From: Malacoraja senta
Lineage: Eukaryota
NCBI GenBank assembly: GCA_038087875.1
Contig: CM075995.1
Location: forward strand, 6,450,001-6,514,000
Length of the DNA: 64,000 nt
Direction: 5' to 3'
In this document: one piece after another, positions 47,429-60,500 of the stretch
How positions within the stretch are numbered: the stretch's first letter is position 1
How the letters are laid out: the number at the start of each line of letters is the position of its first letter
Made by a program: the position numbers and the translations under genes
Notes under the pieces: model-generated
Databases searched by the model: none
Told to the model about the DNA's origin: nothing
Seen by the model: the letters and a program-made list of their open reading frames with translations, nothing else

Positions 47429-47814
47429 ACTCAGTCTGAAGAAGGGCCTTGACCCGAAACGTCACCCATTCCTATCCAGAGATGATGCCTGCCCCGCTGA
47501 GTTACTCCAGCATTTTGTGTCTAGTTCACGATTATGCATTGTCTGGGAAGTTTTGCTGGCTTTGCTCCGAGTTGTTTTGCTTGCTTTAAATTTACAACAT
47601 TAAGGCCGTCGACAAAATACTGAATAATTCCCGACACATGTGGGAGATATCTAAAGACTAAAATTTATTCCACCCGTTAAAACAATACACCTCCTCCGCT
47701 GATGCAGTGATCACATCCCTCAATTCCTTTAGACACTGACAGACCAGACACTATGAGATGAAGATATAAAGGAACTGCAGATGCTCAAATCTTCAGCAAA
47801 ACACACAAAGTCTA

Positions 47815-48620
47815 TAACTGTTTCTTAAACGTTGGGATAGCCCCTCCTTAACTACCTCTTCTGGAAGCACGTTCCATACACCCACCACCCTTTGTGTGAA
47901 AAAGTCACCCTTCAGATTCCTATTAAATCTTTTCCCCTTCACCTTAAAACTGTCCTCTGGTCTTCAATTCCCTTACTCTGGGCAAGAGACTCTGTGTATC
48001 TACCTGATCTATTCCTCTCATGATTTTATACACCTCCATAGGTTTACCCCTCTTCTTCCTGCACGCCAAGGAATAGAGTCTCTCTATAACTCAGTCCCTC
48101 TAGCCCTGGCAACATCCTCATAAATCTTCTCTATACCCGTTCCAGCTTGACAGCATCTTTCCTATAACACGGTGCCCAGAACCGAACACAATACTCTAAA
48201 TACGGCCTCACCAACATCTTATACAACTGCAACATGATCCCCCAACATCTATACTCAATACTCTCTCTGATGAAGGCTGATGTACCAAAAGCCTTTTTGA
48301 CCACCCTATCTACCTGTGACTCCACCTTCAAGGAACCATGCACCTGGACTCCTAGATCCCTCTGCTCTACAATATTCTCCAGAGCTCGACCATTCACTGT
48401 GTAGGTCCTGCCCATGTTAGACGTCCCAAAGTGCGACACCTCACATTTCTCTGCATTAAATCCCATCAACCATTCCTCAGCCCACTTGGCCAATCAATCA
48501 AGATTCTGCTGCAATTTTTCACAACCATCTTCACTATCTGCAAAACCACCCACTTTTGTATCATCTGCAAACTTGCTAATTTTTCTGTGCATGTTCTCAT
48601 CCAAATCATTGATGTAGATG
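47815..48620 (-). mobile_element. CR1 LINE RT/3' fragment
   Basis: ISKFADD region, WAEEWLMGFNAEKCEV, LVRPYLEYCVRFWAP. Confidence 0.88.
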
Positions 48621-51513
48621 TAGGTTAATTAGTTTCATTAAAAATAACTGCTTAAAAATAACTTTCTGCTTCAATACTCACGTAGTATTCTCCACCAGGA
48701 TGTATAGGGCTCTACACTTTCGAGGGCAACACTTGATCTAGTCTTGGGAAATTGGGACAGGTAAGTGGGGCAGCCTTTTGGGACTAGTGACCAGTGTGAT
48801 TAGCATTAAGATAGTTATAGATAGGGACAGACTGGGCCCATGCTACAGGGGTAAGGCCACCTTTGAGGGTATGAGAGAAGGTTATTTGAGGGGAAAGGAA
48901 CATCAGCCAAGTGGGATGTTTTTAAAAGTATGCTGACTAAAGCTGAGGATATGCACGTCCCTCTGTTAGAGTGAAGGGCAAGGGAAGCAAATGTGGTGAA
49001 TGCTGGAGAATACGTATGCAGTTATCCACGCTTTCTGAGCCAGCTTTCGTTCCACTGAGCTGGAGCTTAAAAGAAACTCCATCGTCTCTTTCAAGGCCAT
49101 CAAGGCAGCCATGTTGATTAGTTCAGAGATACAACATGGAGGCAGGCCCTTTTGCCCACCAAGTTCATGACCATCGATTCACGTTAGGTCCACATTATCC
49201 CACTTTCTCAACCACTCCTTACACACCAGTGGGTAATTTACAGAGGGCCAATTCACCTACATACCTGCACATCTTTGGGACGTGGGAGGAAACCGGAACA
49301 CCCGAGGGAAACCCACACGGTCACAGGGAGAACAAATTCCACACAGACATCACCTGTAGTCGGGATCGAACCCGGGTCTCTAGCGCTGTGAGGCAGCAAC
49401 TCTACTGCGGCACCACTGTGCTGCCCTTTTCATCATTCCCTACAAGTTTAGTGCAAGGTTACTGGACTTTTCCTCTGGTATTTTATCTAATTCACATGTT
49501 TAATCAATAATGTTTTATTATTAATGTTTTATGTATCATTCTTAACTGTCATTGTATGTCATGTTGTCACTTGCAGGTGGAGCACCAAGGCAAATTCCTT
49601 GTATGTGAATACTTGGCCAATAAAATTATTAATTAAAGATAGTCCATGGGTCTCCAATGAGGTAGATAATAGCTCAGGGGTCTTTAATTTAGTTTAGAGA
49701 TACAGCGCAGAAACAGGCCCTTCAGCCCACCGAGTCCGGGCCGACCAGCGATCCCTGCATATTAACACTATCCTACATACTAGGAACAATTTACATTTAT
49801 ACAAACCGTCTTTGGAGTGTGAAGATCTTGGAGAAAGCCCACGCAGTCACGGGGAGAAAGTACAAACTCCGTACAGACAGCACCCGTAGTCAGGACGAAC
49901 CTGGGTCCCTGGCGCTGAAAGCGCTGTAAGGCAGCAACTCTACCGCTGCGCCACTGTGCTGCCCAAGAATCTCTCTAGTTGTTGGATGGTACCTCGGTTC
50001 CAATAGACAATAGACAATAGGTGCAGGAGTAGGCCATTTGGCCCTTCAATGTGATCATGGCTGATCATCCCCAATCAGTACCCCGTTCCTGCCTTCTCCC
50101 CATATCCCCTGACTCAGCTATTTTTAAGAGCCCTATCAAGCTCTCTCTTGAAAGCATCCAGAGAACCTGCCTCCACCGCCCTCTGAGGCAGAGAATACCA
50201 CAGACTCACCACTCTCTGTGAGAAAAAGTGTTTCCTCGTCTCCGTTCTAAATGGCTTACTCCTTATTTTTAAACTGTGGCCCCTGGTTCTGGACTCCCCC
50301 AACATCGGAAACATGTTTCCTGCCTCAGTAATCCTCAGTACACTTGGCAATAATAAACCTAGACATAAACTAGGAAATTACTGCTTTGAGACATTTGCTT
50401 AACTGCAAGGAGCAGGGGAGGGGCCGATTTGGAGTGGGGTGAGTACGGATAGAGGGGATATGGAGAGGATGCTTCCACTAGTGTCAGTAGGAGCAGAGGC
50501 CACAGCCTCAGAATTAAAAGACATACCTTTAGGAAGGAGATGAGGAGGAATTTCTTTAGTCAGGTGGTGGTGGTGGAATCTGTGGAATTCATTGCCAGAG
50601 ATGGCTGTGGAGGCCAAGTCAATTGATATTTTTAAGGTGGGGATTGACAGATTCTTGATTAGTATGGGTGTCAGGGGTTATGGGGAGAAGGCAGGAGAAT
50701 GGGGTTGAGAGGGACAGATAGATCAGCCATGATTGAACGGCGGAGTAGACTTGATGGGCAGAATTGTGTAATTCTGCTCGAGCGAGTTAACTTATGTCAG
50801 AGTATTTTTGTGAGGTGGTGTTGTATTAGTGCGACAGCTAATTTAAGGAGCCTGAGTTTTGCTAATGCTCTTACAGTGGGTGTTCAGCTCGTAGACTTAC
50901 CTCTTGGCAGCTCGACAGCATTTGCGGAATTCAAGAGTAAGAAACCATAACTAATCACCGTAAAACCCACAGGCTAACCACCTTGGCCACCCTCTCATTT
51001 CACCCCTGCCATCGGGAGGAAGACACAGGAGCCTGTACGGGTGTGAGGAGTTACAGGGAGAAGGCAGGAGAATGGGGCTAGGAGGGAGAAATAGGTCAGC
51101 CATGATGGAATGGCGGAGTAGACTTTATGGGCCGAATGGCCTAATTCTGCTCCTATCACTTATGGCCTTATGAGGACTATAACATCCAGGTTCAGGAACA
51201 GCTGCTTCCCCACAGTACATCAGGCTATGAAACGCTACAATCTCCAAATAAGCTCTGAACTACATAGACTTGTGGGGTAATGTTATGCACTGTTATTGTT
51301 TGTTTTTTACGAGTGTATATATATACACACGCTGAACTCTTTTCTCGTTTATTATATTGTTTACAGTGTACTATGTTTACATATTCTGTTGTGCTGCTGC
51401 AAGTAAGAATTTCATTGTTCTATCTGGGACATATGACAATAAAACGCTCTTGACTCTTGACTCTTGCCGTCATTGCTGGAGTGTAGAAGCGTTCGACAGC
51501 CTTTTGTTTCTCA

Positions 51514-52066
51514 ATGCTCCGCACAAATTCCACCAACATCAACCGACTCCAACTGGTCCAGAATGCAGCCGCCCGACTCATTACCCACACCAAATCCTGG
51601 CACCACATCACCCCAGTTCTCAAAGAACTCCACTGGCTTCCCATTTCCCACCGGATCATCTACAAAATCCTGGTCCTCACCTACAAAGCCCTCAACCACT
51701 TGGCACCCCCTTATCTCACTGACCTCACTGACCTCACTCCCCCTACCAACCCTCACGGTCCCTCAGATCCACATCAGCTGGTCTCCTCTCCACTCCGAAA
51801 TCAAACCTCTGCACTTTTGGAGGCAGAGCCTTCTCCAGGGCAGTTCCCAGGCTCTGGAATTCCCTCCCACAACTGATCCGAAATTCTGAGTCCCTCACCA
51901 TCTTCCACTCCCGCCTCAAGACCCATCTCTTCACCTCTGCATACCCTTAGTCCCATGTTCCCCTCCCCTTTGCATCTCTGTCTTATTGTTTATTCTTGAC
52001 TCTCAATGTAAAGCGACTGAGTCCTGAAAAGCGCTATATAAATAAAATGTATTATTATTATTATTA
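51514..52066 (+). mobile_element. L2-clade LINE 3' fragment
   Basis: RLQLVQNAAARLIT...HITPVLKELHWLPI...KILVLTYKAL; tail aagcgctatataaataaaatg(tat)n. Confidence 0.88.
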
Positions 52067-53802
52067 AAGTGTGTTCAGGGTGAGAGGGAAAAGATTTAAG
52101 AGAAAGGTAGACACAAAGTGCAGGAGTAACTCAGCGAGACGGGCAGTATCTCTGGAGAGAAGGAATGGGTGACGTTTCGAGTCGAGACCCGTCTTCAGAC
52201 TCGGGTCTGTCTGAAGGGTCTCGACCCGAAACCTCACTCATTCCTTCTCTCCAGAGATGCTGCCTGTCCCGCTGAGGTACTCCAGCATTTTGTGTCGACC
52301 AAGGAACTGTAGGTGCTGGCTTACAAAAAAAAAACGCAAAGTGTCGGAGTATCTCAGCGGGTCTCTGGAGGACAATGTTGATAACCGTTCACCAAAATTG
52401 GAAACTTTCCAGCATTTTCCTTTCCTTTCAGATTTCCAATGGCTGTATTTTTTTTCCGCTTCAACTAATCCTGCTCAGAATGGTTTGTAGTTTAGTGTAG
52501 TACATCGTTCATCTGCGTTTCATTGTTGACATTAAACAAATGTATTTTTGTCAGGGAATTTTTATCCTGCATGGTTTGGGAAAGAATAGTTTGGTTTAAA
52601 ATGAACGCAACGCCCGGTTTCATTTGGAAGTGCAGGAATGATTATGTTGTTTAGTTTAGAGATACAGCACGGAAACAGGCCTTTCAGCCCACCGAATCCA
52701 CACCAACCAGCAATCCTCGCACACTAACACTATCCAACACACATAAGAGACAATTTTACATTTATACCAAGCCAATTAACCTGCAAACCTGTTTAAGAAA
52801 GAACAGCAGATGCTCGAAAAATCAAAGGTAGACAAAAATGCTGGAGAGACTCAGCGGGTGAGGCAGCATCTATGGAGAGAAGGAATAGGAATAGTCGAGA
52901 CCCTTCTTCAGACTCTACAAACCTGTACGTCTTTGGAGGAAACTGAAAATCTTGGAGAAAACCCACGCAGGTCACAGGGAGAACGTAAAACTCCGTACAG
53001 ACAGTACCCATAATCAGGATTGAATCTGGGTCCCTGGCACTGTGAGGCTGCAGCTCTACCATTGCACTAAGGGTGCAACTGCATATACTGGTTTAAATCG
53101 AAGATGAACATAAAGAGCTGGAGTAACTGAGTGGGACAGGCAGCATCTCTGGAGAGAAGGAATTAGTGACGTTTCAGGTCGAGACCCTTCTTCTGGCTGG
53201 ACCAGACTTCAGACTGGTTTGAAGAAGAGTCTCGGCCAGAAATGTCACCTATTCCTTTTTTCCAGAGATGCTGCCTGTCCTGCTTTGTTACTCCAGCATT
53301 TTGTGTCTTTCTTCGATTTAAACCAGCGTCTGCAGTTGCACCCTTACTTACCAGCCACCACCGCAAGTAGGCTGGTGTGATTTGTGGTAAGAAGCTGATT
53401 CTTGTAGAGTCATACAGTGAGTAAACAGGCCCTTCGGCCCAACTTGCCCACACCAGCCAACACGTCCCAGCTACACTAGTCCCTCCTGCCTGCGTTTGGC
53501 CCATAACCCTCCAAACCTGTCCTATCCATGTACCTGTCTAAGTACGTTGTGATAGTTCCTGCCTCAACTATCTCCTCTGGCAGCTTGTTCCATACACCCA
53601 CCACTATTTGTGTGAAAAAGTAACCACTCAGATTTTCTATTAAATCTTTTCCCCTTCAACCTATGTCCTCTGGTTTTCAATTTCTCTACTCTGGGCAAGG
53701 GACTCTGTGTATCTAACCAATCTATTCTATGTTAGGGATGCGCAAAACTGTAACGCCAAAGAAAATGTTGTAGCATTCGCACCGGCGCGGTGTCGCAGCG
53801 GC

Positions 53803-54268
53803 AGACAATAGACAATAGGTGCAGGAGTAGGCCAGAACCACCATTCAATGTGATCATGGCTGATCATCCCCAATCAGTACCCCGTTCCTGCCTTCTCCCC
53901 ATATCCGCTGACTCCGCTATTTTTAAGAGCCCTACCTAGCTCTCTCTTGAAAGCATCCAGAGAACCCGCCTCCACCGCCCTGAGGCAGAGAATTCCACAG
54001 ACTCACCACTCTCTGTGAGAAAAAGTGTTTCGTCGTCTCCGTTCTAAATGGCTTACTCCTTATTCTTAAACTGTGGCCCCTGGTTCTGGACTCCCCCAAC
54101 ATCGGGAACATGTTTCCTGCCTCTATTGTGTCCAAGCCCTTAACAATCTTATATGTTTCAATGAGATCCACTCTCATCCTTCTAAACTCCAGAGTGTACA
54201 AGCCCAGCCGCTCCATTCTCTCAGCATATGACAGTCCCGCCATCCCGGGAATTAACTTTGTAAACCTG
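53803..54268 (-). mobile_element. CR1 3' fragment inserted into a SINE head
   Basis: SINE A box cggtgtcgcagcgg at 53788-53801 resumes as tagagttgctgcctcacag at 54269. Confidence 0.85.
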
Positions 54269-54663
54269 TAGAGTTGCTGCCTCACAGCACTTGCAGCGCC
54301 GGAGACCCAGGTGCGATCCCGACCACGGGTGCTTGTCTGTACGGAGTTTGTACGTTCTCCCCGTGACCGTGTGGGTTTTCTCCGAGATCTTTGGTCTCCT
54401 CGCACACTCCAAAGACGTACAGGCACGTAGGTTAATTGGCTTGGTGTATGTGCAAATTGTGCCTGGTGTGTGTGGGACATCGTTAATATGTGCGGGGATC
54501 GCTGGTCGGCGCGGACTCAGTTGGCCAAAGAGCCTGTTTCCGCGCTGTATCTTTAAACTAAACTAAATACGATGACCAAGGTCATTTGGACCCAAGCAAT
54601 GTACGACTCATGGAGTTGCGTTAGGTCAACACTAAAGCCAATTCTGCATTCTTGTGTTTATAG

Positions 54664-54852
<189 letters not shown>

Positions 54853-55009
54853 TAAATCAATCTGTTCTATCAATTCAATGAAATTACGACAAACGTTTAG
54901 AAGGATGAGGGGGGGAGGGGGAGGGCGGGGGGTCCTCATTGAACCTTACCGAATAGTGAAAGGCCTGGATGTGGAGAGGATGTTTCCACTAGTGGGAGAG
55001 TCATAGAAA

Positions 55010-55970
55010 TATAGATAGAAACTAGAAAATAGGTGGAGGAGGAGGCCATTTGGCCCTTCGAGCCAGCACCTGCCATTCATTGTGATCATGGCTGATCATC
55101 CACAATCAGTAACCCGTGCCTGCCTTCTCCCCATACCCATTGATTCCACTAGCCCCTAGAGCTCCATCTAACTCTCTTTTAAATTCATCCAGTGAATTGG
55201 CCTCCACTGCCCTCTATGGCAGAGAATTCCACAAATTCACAACTCTCTGGGTCACAGTTTTAAATGGCCTCCCCTTTATTCTTAGACGGTGGCTTCTGGT
55301 TCTGGACTTCCGCAACATTGGGAACATTTTTCCTGCATCTAGCTTGTCCAGTCCTTTTATGATTTTATATGTTTCTATAAGATACCCTCTCATCCTCCTA
55401 AATTCCAGTGAATATAAGACTAGCCTTTCCAATCTTTCCTCATATGACAGTCCCGCCATCCCAGGGATGAATCTCGTGAACCTACGCTGTACTGCCTCAA
55501 TAGCAAGGATGTCCTTGCTCAAATTAGGAGACCAAAACTGTACACAATACTCCAGATGTGGTCTCACCAGGGCCCTGTACAACTGCAGAAGGACCTCTTT
55601 GCTCCTATACTCAACTCCTCTTGTTATGAAGGCCAACATGCCATTAGCATTCTTCACTGCCTGCTGTACCTGCATGTTTACTTTCAGTGACTGGTGTACA
55701 AGGACACCCAGGTCTCGTTGCGTTTCCCTTTTTCCTAATCTGACACCATTGAGATAATAATCTGCCTCCATGTTCTTGCCGCCAAAGTGGATAACCTCAC
55801 ATTTAACTACATTATACGGCATCTGCCATGCATCTGCCCACTCACTCAACCTGTCCAAGTCACCCTGCACCTCCTAACATCCTCTTTGCAGTTCACACTG
55901 CTACCCAGGTTTGTGTCATCTGCAAATTTGCTAGTGTCACTTTTAATTCCATCATCTAAATCATTAATAA
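55010..55970 (-). mobile_element. CR1 LINE RT/3' fragment
   Basis: 218-aa open frame QGDLDRLSEWADAWQM...RPHLEYCVQFWSP...QRVVNLWNSLP. Confidence 0.92.
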
Positions 55971-56325
55971 TGTCAGTCAATGGAAGTTGATGAAGTCTGA
56001 GAGTTTGGCATGGGTGCAGGAGGTAGCACCGATGCAGTCGTCAATGTAGTGGAGGTAGAGTTCGGGGATAAATTCTAGAACCAGAGGTTGCAGATTGGGA
56101 CATTCAGCTCATTGTATTTGTGCAAAATCTTTGTGGCGGAAAGTCAATGTCAAGTGAAATGTGTTTAATTGTTATATGTACTGAAACGGAACAATGAAAT
56201 TCATACTTGGAGCATGACAAATGGTTTGTAAACACAGTGGAGTCATAGAACCAAACAAGACGGAAAGAGGCAACTTGCCCACATGGGTCATCTAGTCCCA
56301 TCTGCCTATGTTTGACCCATCCATA

Positions 56326-56528
56326 TCTCTCTCTCTTTTTTCTTCTTTTTTAAATTTTTTTTTTTACTTTTCAAAAACTTTATTCAACACACTCAATGAT
56401 ACAACACATCAATACATAATCAAAAGATACATTAGATCAAAACAAATCATTATAGTACAACAATACATTCATTATTTACTATACTCACCACCATGTGGTA
56501 ACCAGCGCGCACGGAAGGCCTCCAGAGT

Positions 56529-56588
<60 letters not shown>

Positions 56589-57568
56589 AAGAGCGGCACC
56601 CTCGAGATCCTGGGGAGGTGAGGAGGGAGCATAGGGGGATTGAAGGAGAGGAGGGGGTATGGAGGGAGAGGGGGGAATGTGGGGGATTTGAGAGTGGGGG
56701 AGGAGGGGGAGTAGAGGGAGAGGAGTGGGGGAGGTAGGGAGTGGGAAATACCTGGGGAGGCGAGGAGCGAATGGTGGGGATTGAGGGAGAGGAGGGGGTA
56801 AGGAGGGAGAGGAGGGAATGTGGGGGGAGGTGGAGGGAGAGTGGGGGAGGAGGGGGAATAGAGGGAGAGTGGGGGTAGGGAGTGGGGGATAGAGGGAGAG
56901 GAGGGTAGGGAGGGGAGAGTTATTACTAATCAAGAGTTATGGAGGGAGTGACTGAGGGAAGGGGAAAGGAAAGGGAAGGTGAGGGAGGGGAGGAGGATAG
57001 GGGAAAGAAGAGGGAAGGTGAAGAGGAGGGGGAGGGAGTGCTGGGGGATGAGGAAATGAGCCGTGCCTGAGCAGTTGGGGGTGATGGGTGTGGTCGAATA
57101 TTGCGTTGGGGGGAACGGGTTGCGTGGGGGGACCAGGCCTCCTATGTGACAGGGACCCAACGGGTCCCACTTAGTCTAGTCTATATATTACTAAAACTCT
57201 CATCTTGTTTGTATGTATATTTGTTTGTTTGTGTGTGTGTGTGTGTTTGTTTGTATGTATGTATGTTCCCGAAATACAGCAAAAATGGTACAAGGTAGCG
57301 CAACAATTTTAGGCCCACCTTACTCACCATTCACCTGGGGTATGCAGCAGCAAGTTTTGTTCGATTTGACAAAGTATTTCCCATTAAAAACTTTATTTAT
57401 CTTGCCAGCTTCCCACTTGCCAGCCCCGTCAGCCGCGCCTGTGCAGTTGGGGCTCGCGTCACAACGGCATCCGTCAGACATGCCTGCGCAGTTGGGGGAG
57501 GGTTGCCATTTTTGTGGTGGAATATTGCGTAAGGGGAGGTGGACCCAATGGGTCCGCGCATGGTCTAG
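56326..57568 (+). mobile_element. Non-autonomous Helitrons in head-to-tail tandem (56326-57179 and 57180-57568)
   Basis: Two 3' ends with hairpin then CTAG (gggaccc-aac-gggtccc...ctag 57152-57179; ggaccc-aat-gggtcc...ctag 57541-57568); second unit starts TCtatatattactaaaa; block sits at an A|T site in a CR1 tail with no TSD. The 5' end of the first unit is uncertain. Confidence 0.75.
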
Positions 57569-60500
57569 TATCTCGAAACCTGTCCTATCCATGTACCTGT
57601 CCAAAGGTCTTTTAAATGTTACTAAAGCACCTGCCTCAAGCACGTCCTCTGGCAGCTTGTTCCATACACCCACAACCCTCTGTATGGAAAAAAGTTGCCC
57701 CTCGGGTTCCTATTAAATCCGGATTCCCCTACTCCGGATCATATGGTCATAAGTGATAGGAATAGAATTAGGCTATTCGGCCCATCAAGACTACTCCGCC
57801 AATCAATCATGGCTGATCTATCTCTCCCTCCGAACCGCATTCTCCTGCCTTCTCCCCATAACCCCTGACACCCGCACTAATCAAGAATCTTATCCCTCTC
57901 TTCTGTAAAAATATCCACTTGGCTTTCACAGCCTTCTGTGGCAAAGAATTCCACAAAGTAATCAATAGATAACATAGAGAGATGGATGGATAGGTAGACA
58001 CAAAAAGCTGAGTAACTTAGCTGGACAGGCAGCATCTCTGGAGAGAAAGAATGGATGAAGTTTCGGGACGAGACCCCTTTTCTGACGCTGGACAGATGGA
58101 TGGTTGGAAGGATAGAAGAATAGGATAGATAGATAGATAGGATAAATGGATAATATTAGAACAAAGCAATATTAGAACAAAGCAAAAGCCTGAAGTCCCC
58201 GGTATAACTAAGGCAGCTTGTAGTTCAGAGTTGGTGCTTAATTTCTGTATTTTGTTGTCCTTGGTTGGAATATTTTTCATTACAAAAAATATTTGAGGTA
58301 TTTGTTGCTCAATAGTTTCTGGTGCAAGTTCCAACAACCTGCTGCATAGAGTGCTCAACTCTTCTTATTGTGGTTGTTTTAAATCCGATCACTCTCTTGT
58401 CCAACCAGAGGAAATATGCCTTCAGTGTTCCCTTCAACAAAGGGTATGGCAGCGGTAGAGCTGCTGCTTCAAAGCACCAGAGACCCGGGTTCGATCCTGA
58501 CCACAGGTGCTGTCAGTATGGAGTTTGTACGTTCTCCCCGTGACCTGTGTTGGTTTTCTCCGGGTGCTCCGGATTTCTCCCACACTCCAAAGACCGTACA
58601 GATTTGTGAGTTAATTAGCTTTCATAGATTATAGACAATAGACAATAGGTGCAGGAGTAGGCCATTTGACCCTTCGAGCCAGCACCGCAATTCAATGTGA
58701 TCATGGCTGATCATCCCCAATCAGTACCCCGTTCCTGCCTTCTCCCCATATCCCCTGACGCCGCTATTTTTAAGAGCCCTATCTAGCTCTCTCTTGAAAG
58801 CATCCAGAGAACCTGCCTCTGAGGCAGAGAATTCCACAGACTCACCACTCTCTGTGAGGAAAAGTATTTCCTCGTCTCTGTTCTAAATGGCTTACTCCTT
58901 ATTCTTAAACTGTGGCCCCTGGTTCTGGACTCCCCCAACACCAGGAACATGTTTCCTGCCTCTAGTGTGTCCAAGCCCTTGTTTCAATGAGATGCCCTCT
59001 CATCCTTCTAAACTCCAGAGTGTACAAGCCCAGCTGCTCCATTCTCTCAGCATAATCCCTGGTATCTTGGGATAACGGGTGATTGTGGGTCGGCACAGAC
59101 TCGGTGGGCCGAATGGCCTGTTTCCACGCTGCTCCTGTAATACTAAACCAAACAGGATTTTAAAACAGGAAATACAAGTGAGGGTATAACTCAATAATTA
59201 ACATATGCACAGAGTCTCTTGCCCAGAGTAGGGGAATCGAGGACCAGAGGACACAGGTTTAAGGTGAAGGGGAAAAGATTTAATCGGAACCTGAGGGGTA
59301 ACCTTTTTCACACAAAGGGTGGTGGGTGTATGGAACGGGCTGTCAATAGAAGTAGTTGAGGCTGGGACTATTACAACGTTTAAGAAACAGTTAGACAGGT
59401 ACGTGGATAGGATAGATATGGAGGGATATGGGCCAAACGTAGGCAGGTGTGACTAGTGCACATGGGACATGTTGGCTGGTGTGGGCAAGTTGGGCCGAAG
59501 TGCCTGTTTCCATGCTGTATGAGTCTATGACTCTATAACAATGCGTTGAAAAGGCATAGAATGAGCTATTGATAAAAAATTGGCTCCAAGCCCAACGGAT
59601 AACTCGATTTGCAACCGAGTTTGTGCATTCCTTGGTATAAACCCTTGTTCGCATTCAGTGTGGATCAAAGGATAGCCCTGAAATTCAAACTCTAAACCCG
59701 CTGAAAGTGTCCTTGATTCATCCTCCAGGGACTGATCGTTCTCTGTAGCTTGTATGTATTCAGCTGTTACCTTGGGCGCGTCACTGACTGAAGCCAAATT
59801 CATTTAGTTTAGTTTACTTTAGCGATACAGCATGGAAACAGGCCCTTCGGCCCACCGAGTTAACACCCACCAGCGATCCCCGCACATTAACGCTACCCCA
59901 CACACACTAGGGACAAATTACATTTATACCAAGCCAATTAACCTACAAACCTTTACGTCTTTGGAATCTGGAAGGAAACTAGAGATCCCGGAGAAAACCC
60001 AGGCAGGTGACGGGGAGAACGTACAAACTCCGTACAGACAGCACTCTTAGTCGGGATCAACCCGGGTCCCTGGCGCTGCGAGGCAGCAACTCTACCGCTG
60101 CGCCACTGTGCCCCCAATGTGTTGCGATGCCCAAATCATTAATGATATAATGAGTACAGATCATGATTGGATTCCACACCGTTTGAATCGGAGTCATATA
60201 TGCTTCATACTCATTCGACCCGCTGATCGGCCGAGGAAGTCCCGATGAGGTCGAGATCGGCCGCCTAACCCTGCCTGGATGCCACATTTACGGGGGGGAG
60301 GCTTCCAGAAGGGATATCAAGTGAGCGGTCACGATGGCGCAGCGGTAGAGTTGCTGCCCTACAGCGAATGCAGCGCTGGAGACCCGGGTTTGATCCTGAC
60401 TGTCTGTACGGAGTTTGTGATCTGTCTGGGTTTTCTCCGAGATCTTTGGTTTCCTCCCACACTCCAAAGACGTACAGGTTTGTAGGTTCATTGACTTGGT

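Noticed and set aside
48735..48770. Consensus splice donor cag|GTAAGT at 48761
   Set aside because: Lies in a degenerate CR1 endonuclease remnant (LDLVLGN..GQV); no matching acceptor or exon
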